64,000 nucleotides of DNA from Piedraia hortae CBS 480.64. Its lineage: Eukaryota. Positions within the stretch are counted from its first letter, which is position 1; every line of letters starts with the position of its first letter. The position numbers were made by a program, and so were the translations under genes. Where the stretch lies: NCBI GenBank assembly GCA_010093745.1, contig MU005958.1:434001-498000 (forward strand), written 5' to 3'. Positions 41,030 through 51,872 of the stretch are shown in pieces. Below the pieces are notes generated by a model. That model did not search any database. It had not been told where the DNA came from and saw only the letters and a list, made by a program, of their open reading frames with translations.

Positions 41030-43933
41030 TCATGCCTGAACTCCTCCTTTTACGAAGTCATGAATCCGCTCCAGCGCAGCAGAAATGATTTCCTCATCCA
41101 CATACATTGTCCCGTCCACGACCGTCCAGGGGCCGTTCGAGGTGGGCAAAAAGAGGTTCTCCCTTAGATTTTTCATCAGCTGTTGCGGCGAGGAGGAATT
41201 TGGTTGGATTGTTATCAGCCACATTGGTTTTTGGGATTGTGGTCGCATTCCAACTGTGATTTCGAACGCAATTTTGAGGTCGTGGTAGCTGATTGCGTAG
41301 CGAGTTGATGAACGGGGGAAGACTCGCGCTTTTGGAGAGCTGTTTTCCAGCCTGTCAAGGGTGCGGAGGAGGGGGAGGGTGAATATTAAGGTGCGGATGA
41401 AGTTGTAGAAAGCGCCTTTGCGTGTGGACTGGAGCCGGGTTTGGAGAAAGGTTTTGATGCGGTTGTGAGGATTTGCAGAGCCTTTGGGCTCGAGGATGAG
41501 GTTTGCAGGTGGGCTGCCGTTTTCGTCGTATTGGAGTTGACATCGTAAGGGACCTGCTGCGTCGTATTGGAATGACATGCTGTCTAGCCAGGCGTGGTCG
41601 CAGGGGAGGTGGAATTGATGAAGGGTGTGAAGTCTTTGGTCGAGACTCTTGACGTTGGCGAGGCGGGTGGTTAAGAGGTCCATGTAGGGCGTCCCGTGCC
41701 TGAAGACGAGCTTCATCGCGAGCCCGGATATGGGGTTGATTCGGATCTTGGGATCCTCGACGCGATTCTCATGCTTGCGTAAGAATTTCAACGTGTTTTT
41801 GGGTGCGTTGAGACGGGCGTGAACAACGACTTTGCCCTGATCGGCCTGGTTCGCGGCGTCTGGGTCTCGCTGAATGCCAAAGTTTGTGATCCTTGTTATC
41901 CACGCCTTGGTCTCGCCTGGCATATAGAGGGCTGTGAAATTCGCGCTGGGCTGGTTAAGGTCGGGGGTTTCTTGTAACGGCAAAAGTGATCCGTCTAGGA
42001 CGGATGGAACCGCTTTGGTCGCACCAGGCGGCTGCATCTCCTTTTTGTCGAGCACCATCTTCTGCGCACATTGTTCGACATGTTTGAGCACGTCAAGGTA
42101 GGAAATTGGCTGTGCTGTTGCGAGTTGCAGGAGGTTGTCAATCTTTTGGCGCACCACAACTTCTTCTTCGCCTCCCAGCGCCCCTATCCACCACCGCTCG
42201 CCCGAGGGCCCTACACTCAGCACGAGCACTCTGTTCTCGTCCCAATCTGACGGATGATATACCAGTCTTACCTGGGTGTCTGGTGGCACTCCCATCACCG
42301 CCCGGGGTTGCATCTGACGCCACGGCAGCTGTTTTGCAAGCTGCTTGACGTGCTCCGTCACTGATCGCAACGAGACGAACATCAACCAATGTGCAATGTC
42401 AATATTTGCATCGGTATTCAGTCTCTTCTCGCACTCCGTTACAAAAGGCAAGGGGGGCGTGATGAAGAATCTCCCCGTGATGGGCTCCAGCTGAACGCAC
42501 AGCGGCGACGGCATTGCATCCATTTTGAGCTCAAGCTTGTAGACTTCATTGACAGCGTCAACCTCAACCTCTACCTTGAGGACCTTTATAGCAGTCGAAC
42601 GGGCTCTGATGCTGTCACGTATTGCGTCGAGTCTGAGCCTGCAGTGTTTTTCAACCACAATATTCATACAACGTTCCATGCTGAGCTTGACAAAGTCGAA
42701 ATCCAGTGCGTCATCGACTTGCTTTCCTTCGCGGAACCACCGGACTTGGATCTCCGACGTACGCGGCTTCCACGACGGGCCTTTTCTCCCACTTGAGATG
42801 CCGAATTCAACCCAGTTCTTGCGACCAGGCACATCAGCCCAATACTGAACGATGAGACTGTTGCGCATCTGCTGCAGTTGGAGCGAACTGAACCATCGAT
42901 TCTGCGTCACTAATTGAATAGTCTGATAGCGCAAGGTATTGATTTTATGCATCAGCACAAAATGGTGCAAGAACTCGTAGCCACCTTGAAGCCCTTTGAT
43001 GCCCAGTTCGTAGTTTGTGCGGCTCTCTACGTGAGCGCGAATGTGCTCGTTGCGGAGAGACGGGCAAGGAGAGAAAAGAAAGCGAGCATCGACGAAATAG
43101 AGGGGGGACGAATTATCGTAGTCGGCAACGGAGATTTCGACCTCGAATTCGTCGAGCACGCGGAAAGTGGCCCTTCCATTGGCCACATACCAATCCTCCA
43201 TGCATGGCGGGATTTTCTCTTCGAGAGTCAGTCGCCCCATAAGATTCACGTTCATCTCTTTCATCGTCTGCAGAAGCTGTTTGGCAGTCAACGGCTTCTT
43301 TGGGATGTAACCCAGATCGGGCCAGCCTTGCACTTCGCCCATAACCATGACCTCCATTGCGCCTTCAATGTTGGGTTGCGGCACTTGAAATGCCTCCATT
43401 TTATGCTGCAGTTGGATAATCGAAGTTAGGGCCATAGGAGCTGCCCACCGCTGCTTGTCAAACCAGACTTTCAGATCGATGAGCTTCGCCATGTCGTCGG
43501 CATTCTTGCTCCAATCCATGAGGACCAAAGTCTTGATGAACCGATCTCGTTGTTGCTGCGCAAACTCCATAAGCAGGCGCTTCTTCGCCACGCTGACCAC
43601 TGAAGTATCTTCAGGACCCGCATTCGGCGCACTTCCACCAGCGTCGCCGGTGCCCAGATCGGACATTTTGTTCAAGGTGTCTGACAGATCGTAGTAGCAT
43701 TGCTGGGCAACTCGCTCCACTAGCTTTCCCAGCGACCGGTTTGAATCCGTATTCCGCCATGATCCATCCAGTTTCGGCGGCGCATCTTGTAATCCGTTGA
43801 CGGCGTTGTTGTATATTTGCTTGAGATCGCCGGAATCTTCTGCCACGGTTCCACCCCCTTCCAGCCCTGCCACTTCTTTCTTTGACTCCACGGGCTCAGC
43901 TGCGCCGGAGCTCATGGTGATGCGGCCGGGCAT
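41030..43933 (-). CDS. MED14: Mediator subunit Med14 (Rgr1)
   Basis: LGKLVERVAQQCY, KKRLLMEFA..RDRFIKTLVL..WS, PQPNIEGA, VANGRATFRVLDEFEVEI and FLHHFVLMHKI. Probable start MPGRI at 43933. Confidence 0.9.
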   Translation of the reverse strand: MPGRITMSSGAAEPVESKKEVAGLEGGGTVAEDSGDLKQIYNNAVNGLQDAPPKLDGSWRNTDSNRSLGKLVERVAQQCYYDLSDTLNKMSDLGTGDAGGSAPNAGPEDTSVVSVAKKRLLMEFAQQQRDRFIKTLVLMDWSKNADDMAKLIDLKVWFDKQRWAAPMALTSIIQLQHKMEAFQVPQPNIEGAMEVMVMGEVQGWPDLGYIPKKPLTAKQLLQTMKEMNVNLMGRLTLEEKIPPCMEDWYVANGRATFRVLDEFEVEISVADYDNSSPLYFVDARFLFSPCPSLRNEHIRAHVESRTNYELGIKGLQGGYEFLHHFVLMHKINTLRYQTIQLVTQNRWFSSLQLQQMRNSLIVQYWADVPGRKNWVEFGISSGRKGPSWKPRTSEIQVRWFREGKQVDDALDFDFVKLSMERCMNIVVEKHCRLRLDAIRDSIRARSTAIKVLKVEVEVDAVNEVYKLELKMDAMPSPLCVQLEPITGRFFITPPLPFVTECEKRLNTDANIDIAHWLMFVSLRSVTEHVKQLAKQLPWRQMQPRAVMGVPPDTQVRLVYHPSDWDENRVLVLSVGPSGERWWIGALGGEEEVVVRQKIDNLLQLATAQPISYLDVLKHVEQCAQKMVLDKKEMQPPGATKAVPSVLDGSLLPLQETPDLNQPSANFTALYMPGETKAWITRITNFGIQRDPDAANQADQGKVVVHARLNAPKNTLKFLRKHENRVEDPKIRINPISGLAMKLVFRHGTPYMDLLTTRLANVKSLDQRLHTLHQFHLPCDHAWLDSMSFQYDAAGPLRCQLQYDENGSPPANLILEPKGSANPHNRIKTFLQTRLQSTRKGAFYNFIRTLIFTLPLLRTLDRLENSSPKARVFPRSSTRYAISYHDLKIAFEITVGMRPQSQKPMWLITIQPNSSSPQQLMKNLRENLFLPTSNGPWTVVDGTMYVDEEIISAALERIHDFVKGGVQA

Positions 43934-45140
43934 CCTCTGCTCACCAGAAGCGCGACCGGCCGACGACGCCGCCGCTGGGCGCAGTGGCGCTGATATCGTC
44001 TTTATGTCGGCGCGCAAGAGGCCGCGTCCGTAGCTTCCCTCGATGCGACCTCTGAGCGAACGGGTGGTTGCGCGACGTTGTTGGAGGCCTGAGGTACCGC
44101 GGCCTAATGCGACACTAGCGGGTTTAGCTGCCTTAGCGTCGCGTTCCCTGCCTGTAATCCCTGATGGGTGCGGGGTCACTTTCTCGGAAGTCGTTTGACT
44201 GTGGAATGTTGTAGCCTTGGCGGTACAGAAAGTGTCAAGTGAAGTTGGTCTGGCACTCTACCCGACTGCACTAACCGAAACGGAACAGTTTCCAATGTTG
44301 AAACACTGTAACTCACAGCGCCAGGTGTCACAGGTACACCATCTGGCACACCAAAGCATTGTGTTGCAGAAACACACCGTGCGACGAACATGCTCACAAT
44401 GTGCTTGTGAGCCCGTCCATTGAAGGTTCAGCATGCAAGAGTCTTCAGGAGCTCTGCTATTAAAGGTCAAGTGGGTGGAGCTGAGCGGCGACTTATCGAG
44501 TGAGATATCATAGTACCTGTGGATAGCAGCTTGTGCATTGCATCAAAATACTGCATTGAGTAACCCGCAGTTCGGTCAACCATAAGCGACTGACCTCCAA
44601 CTTAGACTGACAGGGATGATCAAGAACACGCGGGGTTGTTCCTCCTAAAACCCGTAACCAGATCCTTGCCCTTTGTGCAGCATACTTGTGATAGAGCTGC
44701 TCACACTCCATGAGCTGGTGAAAGACATTACAGTTTCAGTGGGCAGCAACTGAATTGGCTCATTTATCTGGATTCAACCTATTTCTAGAGCTATAGCGTG
44801 CTTCTAACACTCGCGTGGAGATAACGGGACAAACCTTTTCTCAGAAATTTTAAAATAAGAGAACAATCAAGCAGAATTTGGTAGACTATCTGCAAGTAAA
44901 TCCAGACAAATGAATCTGCACAGCAGATTACGATTCCAATGATATGCTCCACTGCAATGCGGGTACCGGGATGTACCTTAGATAGCCATCGGTGGACTTC
45001 GCCACGCCGGTGGGGTCAGCACGTTTTCACAATAAGATAAGATGCTACCAATGCCATCAAGGCGCAAAGGCAACCGGGGAAGCTGAGGTATGGCCTATCG
45101 TCTGCCATTCACGTCGACATTTTTTCTGTTGTAATGGTAG

Positions 45141-47115
45141 ATGGCCAGGCCATCTGATTGGCTCGGACGCCGCAAATGCAGTTCCGTGCGCCGGCTGCAT
45201 CCTCACTTTGGTCATTCACACCCCAGGAGACCATCGCCCTACTCAATACGCAGTGGAGAGGATGCCGATGACGAGCGCTCCATTCTGTCCATGAGCTACA
45301 GCATGGAAGAGGACCTCCCCGCGCCGTCCTATCCCGGCGAGGACACCCGGCCAACTTCTGACAAGGAACTGCTGGGATTCTACGCCTACAGCTTCGCTGC
45401 CGAAGTGTTTGTCGTTTGTGGTCTGGGAGCTTTCATTCCAATGCTACTCGAAGACTTGGCCAGATCCCTGCCCTCAGCTGTGTTGGCCAAAGATCATTCT
45501 CAGCCTTGCAGAACCGTTGGTAACGATCTGTTAACAGCCTCCGGGATAGCCACTGTGGTGCCAGATAAAGATGCCCAATGCGTGTTTCGTCTAATGGGCA
45601 TTGAGATCAACACAGCCTCTTTTGCCATGTATACATTTTCCATTTCTGTCCTCGTTCAGACACTGGCCGTTGTGTCCGTGTCAGGAGCAGCTGATCATGG
45701 ACGGTCCCGAAAAGACCTTCTTGTAGCAACGGCCGTCGCAGGGTCGATAGCCACCATGCTTTTCCTCACAGTTGCACCCAATACTTACCTGCTCGCATCA
45801 CTCTGGGCCATCCTTAGCAATGCCTGCTTCGGCACCAGTTTTGTACTTTTCAACTCTTTCCTGCCTCTTCTAGCTCGGTGGTATCCTGTCCCTCAAAATG
45901 TAGCAACAGGAACTCCTGGGATACCGCAAATTTCCCTATCATGTGTTGATGAGGAGGAGGTAAGTCCACTTTTCTTGTCTTGCCCGGGTCAAGCTAAGTG
46001 CCATAGCACGATGTAGGTTATCCGGAATGCAATGCCCAATCGACTACACCTCTGCTTGGCTCCCCGGATATCCCACCGACATCAGCCGTTGAGGAAGTAT
46101 CCTCCACGATATCATCTCGCGGCGTGGGGATAGGCTATGTCGCCGCCATCATTGTGCAAATCCTATCAATATTAATTCTACAATCATCAGGAGCAACCAA
46201 TCTTGCGCTGAGACTCGTACTATTCTTCATTGGGCTTTGGTGGCTTACATTCACCTTGCCGGCAGCGTTATGGCTCCGACCACGACCCGGCCCTCCTCTG
46301 CGGCCAGAAAACGAAAAGCCACAGACATGCTTCCGCTATCTTTCGAACTCCTTGATAGGCACCCGACGAACAATTATGCAAGCTCGGCGGCTCAAAGACG
46401 TGCTGCTGTTCCTGTGCGCTTGGTTCATGATATCCGATGCTATTGCAACGGTATCTGGCACATCTATACTTTTTGCCAAAACCGCCCTTGGAATGGCCCC
46501 GTCTGCCCTGGCCATGATCAATGTAGTGGTCACGCTTTCGGGCATCGTGGGCGCAATGACATGGCCCATCACATCGAATATGATGCAGCTCAGGCCCAGT
46601 CAGACCATTCTCATTTGTATTTGTCTCTTTGAGGCTATTCCGCTGTATGGCCTGCTGGGCTATGTTCCTGCTGTGAAGAGACTCGGTTTTTTCGGTCTAC
46701 AACAGCAGTGGGAAATGTACCCCTTGGGCGCAGTGTATGGACTTGTGCTCGGTGGTCTGTCGAGTTATTGTCGAAGCCTTTATGGGGAGCTGATTCCAAA
46801 TGGAAGCGAAGCGGCCTTTTATGCACTTTATGCCATAACGGATAAAGGCAGTAGCATTTTGGGACCGATAATAGTGGATGCTATCACTGATGCTACGGGG
46901 GATATTCGACCGGTGAGTTTATGATGATACTTCGATATGTGAGCTAACATGTGTAGGCTTTCTGGTTCCTGGCCGTGCTTATTGGGCTGCCAATTCCCAT
47001 CATGTACTTGGTAGATATCGACCGGGGGAAGAGGGAAGCTTCATTGACAGCATCCGCTTTGATGGTGGAGGAAGTTCCCCAGCTCGAATGGGAGGACGAA
47101 GAGGCTGATCCCTAA
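45141..47115 (+). CDS. ATG22: Vacuolar amino-acid effluxer Atg22 (MFS)
   Basis: [50 protein letters not shown] and [18 protein letters not shown]. Introns 45960-46006 and 46913-46956 keep the frame to TAA at 47113-47115. Confidence 0.92.
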
Positions 47116-47153
47116 CGTGAAAGCTTCTACAGGAAAGTTTGCGTCATTACGAG

Positions 47154-48308
47154 CTACCGTTTTTTGGGTGCGCTGATGCTGACACTGTTATATTTGACAG
47201 TCAGTAGTCCTTCTTTTTCTCGAGTCTTCTTCTGCTGCACCGCTTTGATCCCGATGCGGTCAGTGACGGGGGCAGCGTTCAGTATGGCATCGAAGGCCTC
47301 ATCACCATCTCCGTCCAGGTCTGAGCCTGATTCCGCATCGGAGTCTTCTGGCAGAGGAAGTTCTTTGGCAGGCGGACGTTGGATCACCTTCGGGGTGCGA
47401 TCGCTGTATGCAGGTTCAGGATTTGCAAAGGGCTTAGAAGCCAGAACCTTCTGTCTGAGATATGCCATTTCCTCATCGTCGTCGGAAGGCGGTAGATCTC
47501 CAGGCTCGATATAGCCATCTGACTCTTCGTCTTCTTGGGTGGGTTGCTCGCCGGGCTTTGGGCCGCCCAGTTGTACACCACCCATGCCACTGTCGTCACT
47601 GTCATCATCCTCATCGTCCACCGGCATTCTTCGATTCAAATTTCCTCCTCTCCACGCATCATTGCCATTACCATTTGCCTCTCTCTCCTCTTTGTCAACT
47701 TCATATTCCCTCTCAATCTTCGCAAGCCACTGCTTTTCGGCTATTTTAACTTGTCCTTCGTCGTCACAAGCTGCGTATCGCTTCAAGACTGCCTCGTTGA
47801 TATCCAGGAATGCCTCCCCATACCCGAAGCCAGCAAGAATCTCCTCAGCCCATTCCTTGTGACCACAAATGACAAAACAGGCGGCCAAGGCCTCGACGCA
47901 ATTAAGCCGCCAGGGCCGACCGTAGTTCGTCGGGTTTGCAGCTATCAGGTATGGCAAGAGTCGAGGATTCGGCCCTCCGATGCGGTGAAAAGGAACTTCC
48001 TCGATTCGATTCCAGCTCGCCTCAACCACTGCACTGCCGTATTGTTCTAGAATGGGACGATCGGCGGGAGAAAGCAGGATCTTCGCCTTTGGACTGATGA
48101 CGATCCCGGCATGTTTCTGACCAACATGCAGTTCACGCATAAGGCCCTGGCGCATCAGACGCTTGCCAGAGCATTTTTTTGCGTCGCAATGGTTGAAGTC
48201 CCAGGCCGCTGCTTTGAAAGTGGGGACATTCTCGGAATTATCCGGCTTGGAATCAGTCCGATAACCATGTTTCTTGCCTTTGTTGGCGAAATTTTTTTTG
48301 TGTCGCAT
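47154..48308 (-). CDS. TSR3: 18S rRNA aminocarboxypropyltransferase Tsr3
   Basis: WDFNHCDAKKCSGKRL, RLLPYLIAANPTNYGRPWRLNCVEALAA, FGYGEAFLDIN and an acidic tail. Confidence 0.95.
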   Translation of the reverse strand: MRHKKNFANKGKKHGYRTDSKPDNSENVPTFKAAAWDFNHCDAKKCSGKRLMRQGLMRELHVGQKHAGIVISPKAKILLSPADRPILEQYGSAVVEASWNRIEEVPFHRIGGPNPRLLPYLIAANPTNYGRPWRLNCVEALAACFVICGHKEWAEEILAGFGYGEAFLDINEAVLKRYAACDDEGQVKIAEKQWLAKIEREYEVDKEEREANGNGNDAWRGGNLNRRMPVDDEDDDSDDSGMGGVQLGGPKPGEQPTQEDEESDGYIEPGDLPPSDDDEEMAYLRQKVLASKPFANPEPAYSDRTPKVIQRPPAKELPLPEDSDAESGSDLDGDGDEAFDAILNAAPVTDRIGIKAVQQKKTREKEGLLTVKYNSVSISAPKKR

Positions 48309-48526
48309 GATGTCGGATTGTCGCAGTTAACCGAACCCTTGACCGATTCCCCCGACCAGTAGAGACTGATGCAGTGGAGCGGCCCGAACCTTGTGCCAGG
48401 ACCTGTGCAGAATGACGTCTTTGACGGGCCGGTCCGTCTCAATAACAACCACCTGGCACGATTGAGCGCTATTTTGCTGGCAGCGGAGCCAGAGGCCGGC
48501 CACCGGCGCTACCCTCAGACGAAATA

Positions 48527-50344
48527 ATGGAAGCTGCGGCAGCTCGCCATGCGGCGCGAGACCGATTTGCATATCCCATTGAACCCCCTCAGACGCCCTT
48601 ACAACGACTTATCAAGAACGCCTGCTCCCCCGAGAACTACGAGCCCAACCTGGCACTGGCCCTTGAGATTGCCGAATTGATTAATGAAAAAAAGGGCAGC
48701 GCCCCGCGCGAGGCGGCCATGGCCATCATCAGTTACATCAATCACCGGAACCCCAACATCAGCATGTTGGCGCTGAGCCTACTGGACATTTGCGTTAAAA
48801 ACTGCGGCTATCCATTCCATCTGCAGATCAGTACAAAGGAATTTCTAAACGAGCTTGTACGGCGGTTCCCGGAGCGGCCTCCACTGCGCACGACGCGAGT
48901 ACAGAACCGCATTCTCGAGCTCATCGGGGAGTGGCGATGGACGATTTGCGAGACGAGCAAGTACAAGGAGGATCTTGGTTATATCAGGGACATGCACCGG
49001 CTGCTGGGTATGAAGGGCTACGTCTTCCCCGAGGTGCGAAAGGAGGATGCTGCCGTTCTGAACCCGAGTGATAACTTGCGAAGTGCTGAAGAGATGGAAG
49101 CGGAAGAGCGGGAGGCGCAGTCGGCCAAACTGCAGGAGCTCATCCGCAGAGGCACGCCACAGGATCTTCAAGAAGCGAACCGCTTGATGAAGGTCATGGC
49201 GGGCTACGATAACAGACGCAAAACGGACTACCGCGCCAAAGCGGCCGAGGAGGTGGGGAAAGTGCAGCAAAAGGCTCGGCTGCTGGAGGAAATGCTGCAG
49301 ACGCAGTCAGAGCTCAAGGAGGGAGATGTGGCAGAAGAACTGGCAGCTGCCCTGGCTTCGGCCCATCCCAAGATCCAGAAAATGTGCGAAGAGGAAAGTG
49401 ATGACCGCGAGGCGGTGGCAAAGCTGTTGGAGATTAACGACAGTATCCATCGCACAGTTGAACGCTATCGTCTTGTCAAGAAGGGTGATGTTGGCGCTGC
49501 GAATTCTATTCCTAAAGGCACTCTTGGCGTATCAGGGGCTGGGGTCTCAGCGGGACCGGGCCAAGAGCTTTCTTTGATTGATTTGGGCGGCGAAGACACA
49601 CCGGCCCCGCAGCCGACACCTGGAGGGAGTACCTTGGCAAATGATTTGCTTGGATTGAGCATGGACGATAGCCAGCCATCAGGAAACAGCGGATCTCATA
49701 GCTTAAATGATACTTCGGCCCGTAACGCTTCAATAATGGCGCAGTTCAACAGCAAGCCTGCAACAGGGCTGTCTCCAACGAAGCTGCCTGCAGCTCCGTG
49801 GTCGTCAGGATCTACCTTGGACCTACTGGACATTGGAACAGGAAGTGCTGCTTTACAAGCTACTCCACAGGTTGCTTCGCAGTCTGCAACACCTACAAAC
49901 AACGATGACGAATGGACGTTTTCCTCGTCTCTTCCCGATCAGCCCGCCACGATTGAAGTAACGCCCAGCACCAGCCACATCAGGATCGAATTTAATGTCT
50001 CAAGAACGTCTGATACCACCTTACAAATTCTATCGAGCATCAGTAACAAAACGGACCAGAACATCAAAGAATTGGCTTTGCAGTTGGCCGTCACCAAGGT
50101 GGGTAGTTTGATGAACCATGGCTGCATTCAACTAACGTAATAGGGCTATACCCTTCAGCTCCAGCCACAGTCTTCACTGACCCTGGCTCCGAGACAGGTC
50201 AAGGGAATCACTCAAACGATCCAGGTGCAGAATGTGGAGAGGGGAACGGGCACAAAGGTCAAGATGAGGTGGAAAGTGGGGTACAATCTAGGCGGTATGC
50301 CGATGAACGAGCAGGGGGAAGTTGTGGGCATGGGAGTGATGTAG
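48527..50344 (+). CDS. GGA: GGA clathrin adaptor (VHS-GAT-GAE)
   Basis: VHS motif LLDICVKNCGYPFHLQISTKEFLNELVRRF, GAT motif AKLQELIRRGTP.DL.EAN, clathrin box LIDL. Intron 50099-50143, then the GAE end (KVKMRWKVGY). Confidence 0.92.
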
Positions 50345-50802
50345 TCCCTACCCGTATATGTACATGTTATTAACAGCTGCAGTGGGCATTGGTCTTGGCG
50401 TTCTGCACGGGGGCTGCGGATACACCGTATCGGCAATGCAGCGCCGCTCGGGTGCGGTTTAGTTCCTTTGATGGGGTCATTGGGCCACGATGCATCGTTT
50501 AGGTCTGCGGCAAATAATTCTGCTGTGAACCCATCCGCCCACGCACCCGATGATGGCCGGTGGACGACGCACGTCCCCTCCGCGATCAGGCTCGGCGGAA
50601 ATATCCGTCAGTACCACACTATGAATGGCGGGGAACGGGAGCGGGCTCGTGCTCACCGTTGTCAGATAGAAAAAGGTATTCGTTACCGTTGGAAAGTCTT
50701 CTTTCGCCTTCTACCAACAACATCACATTCTGTCAAACGTTTTTTTTTTTCAACGGTGCAACACGTCAAATTTATAAAGACAACAAACCCACGGGCTTAG
50801 GC

Positions 50803-51387
50803 ATGCGCACCACACAGCGTTTTTCAGCAGACGGGGATGAGCAGACGCAGATATTCGTTAAAGACGTTACTGGGGATGGTGGGTATTCGTGGAAATGGCC
50901 GTGTCAGGCTGACATGTCATAAGCATTCTCTCTTTCCATTCCCACCGCGACAACCGTGGAGACGTTTGTTAACATGGTAGCGCTACGTAGCCAAGTGTCC
51001 CCCGACGACCTTCGCGTCGTATATGCCGGGCGTCAGCTGCAAGTATGCAGAGACGACAGTTCGCCGGCGCCGCCGACTGCCGCGGCCAGACCGACGCTCG
51101 CTGATCATGGCATCACGCACGAATCGACCATCTACCTGGCAGGCAGCATCCGCGGCGGCGCTCAGGGGAAAAAGGTGCGTTGCACCTATAGCGACTGCCG
51201 CGAATTCGCTCAGCGCATCGTTGGCGACTGCAGCTTCTGCACCGGCCACTTTTGCAGCAGACACCGCATGCTGGAAAATCACAGTTGCCCCGGTCTGGAA
51301 GACTGCAAGAATGAGGAGAAGCAGCGAAACAAGGAAAAGCTGGAACGCGAGCGGACAAAGCCCGTCAGGGGTCTGGGCACTGGCTAG
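50803..51387 (+). CDS. Ubiquitin-like plus AN1 zinc-finger protein (Tmc1-like)
   Basis: QIFVKDVTG, LRVVYAGRQL, TLADHGITHESTIYL..IRGG, then CTYSDC..CSFCTGHFCSRHRMLENHSC. Intron 50879-50923. Confidence 0.88.
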
Positions 51388-51872
51388 CCTGTAGGCTGAT
51401 AGTTATCGTTCATCTGTGTCTGTGTCTTTGGGAAGACGTCATGACCCCACATAACCTTGCCGGGATGTTCCCGCAAATGATACATCCAAATTTGCACAGA
51501 TGGTTACCGAGTTGGCCATCAAAATCTTGAAACAGTTTGAACCCCCAAGGGTGCAGTCATTGTGTAAACAGAGCTGCTGAATAGATCATGTGCTCGACGT
51601 CCCGTGCTTGGCTATCATGATAAGAACTCAATCTAGAGTGCAATTAAATTTCCTAGAGCACTGTCCACAAAACATACCGCGAGTAAAATTCAAGATAGTG
51701 ACCATGAGCAGTGATCCATCCGTCAAAATAGACTTCCTAGTCCAGTCATTGTCCCATGCGCACCACGCACTTTGAATTAAAACTCTCCCGCGCACAATTC
51801 CACATCATAAAAGAACACTCCATGCCACAAAACCCTACATTGAAGCTAATCATACACCCCCTCCCTCCCAAC

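Noticed and set aside
43934..44179. 82-codon N-terminal extension of the MED14 ORF
   Set aside because: It starts at GTG in GC-rich promoter/UTR sequence. MPGRI at 43933 is the plausible start.
46007..46016. Apparent frameshift in ATG22 if the intron ends at TAG 46016
   Set aside because: The upstream acceptor TAG at 46006 (branch GCTAAG) restores the frame.
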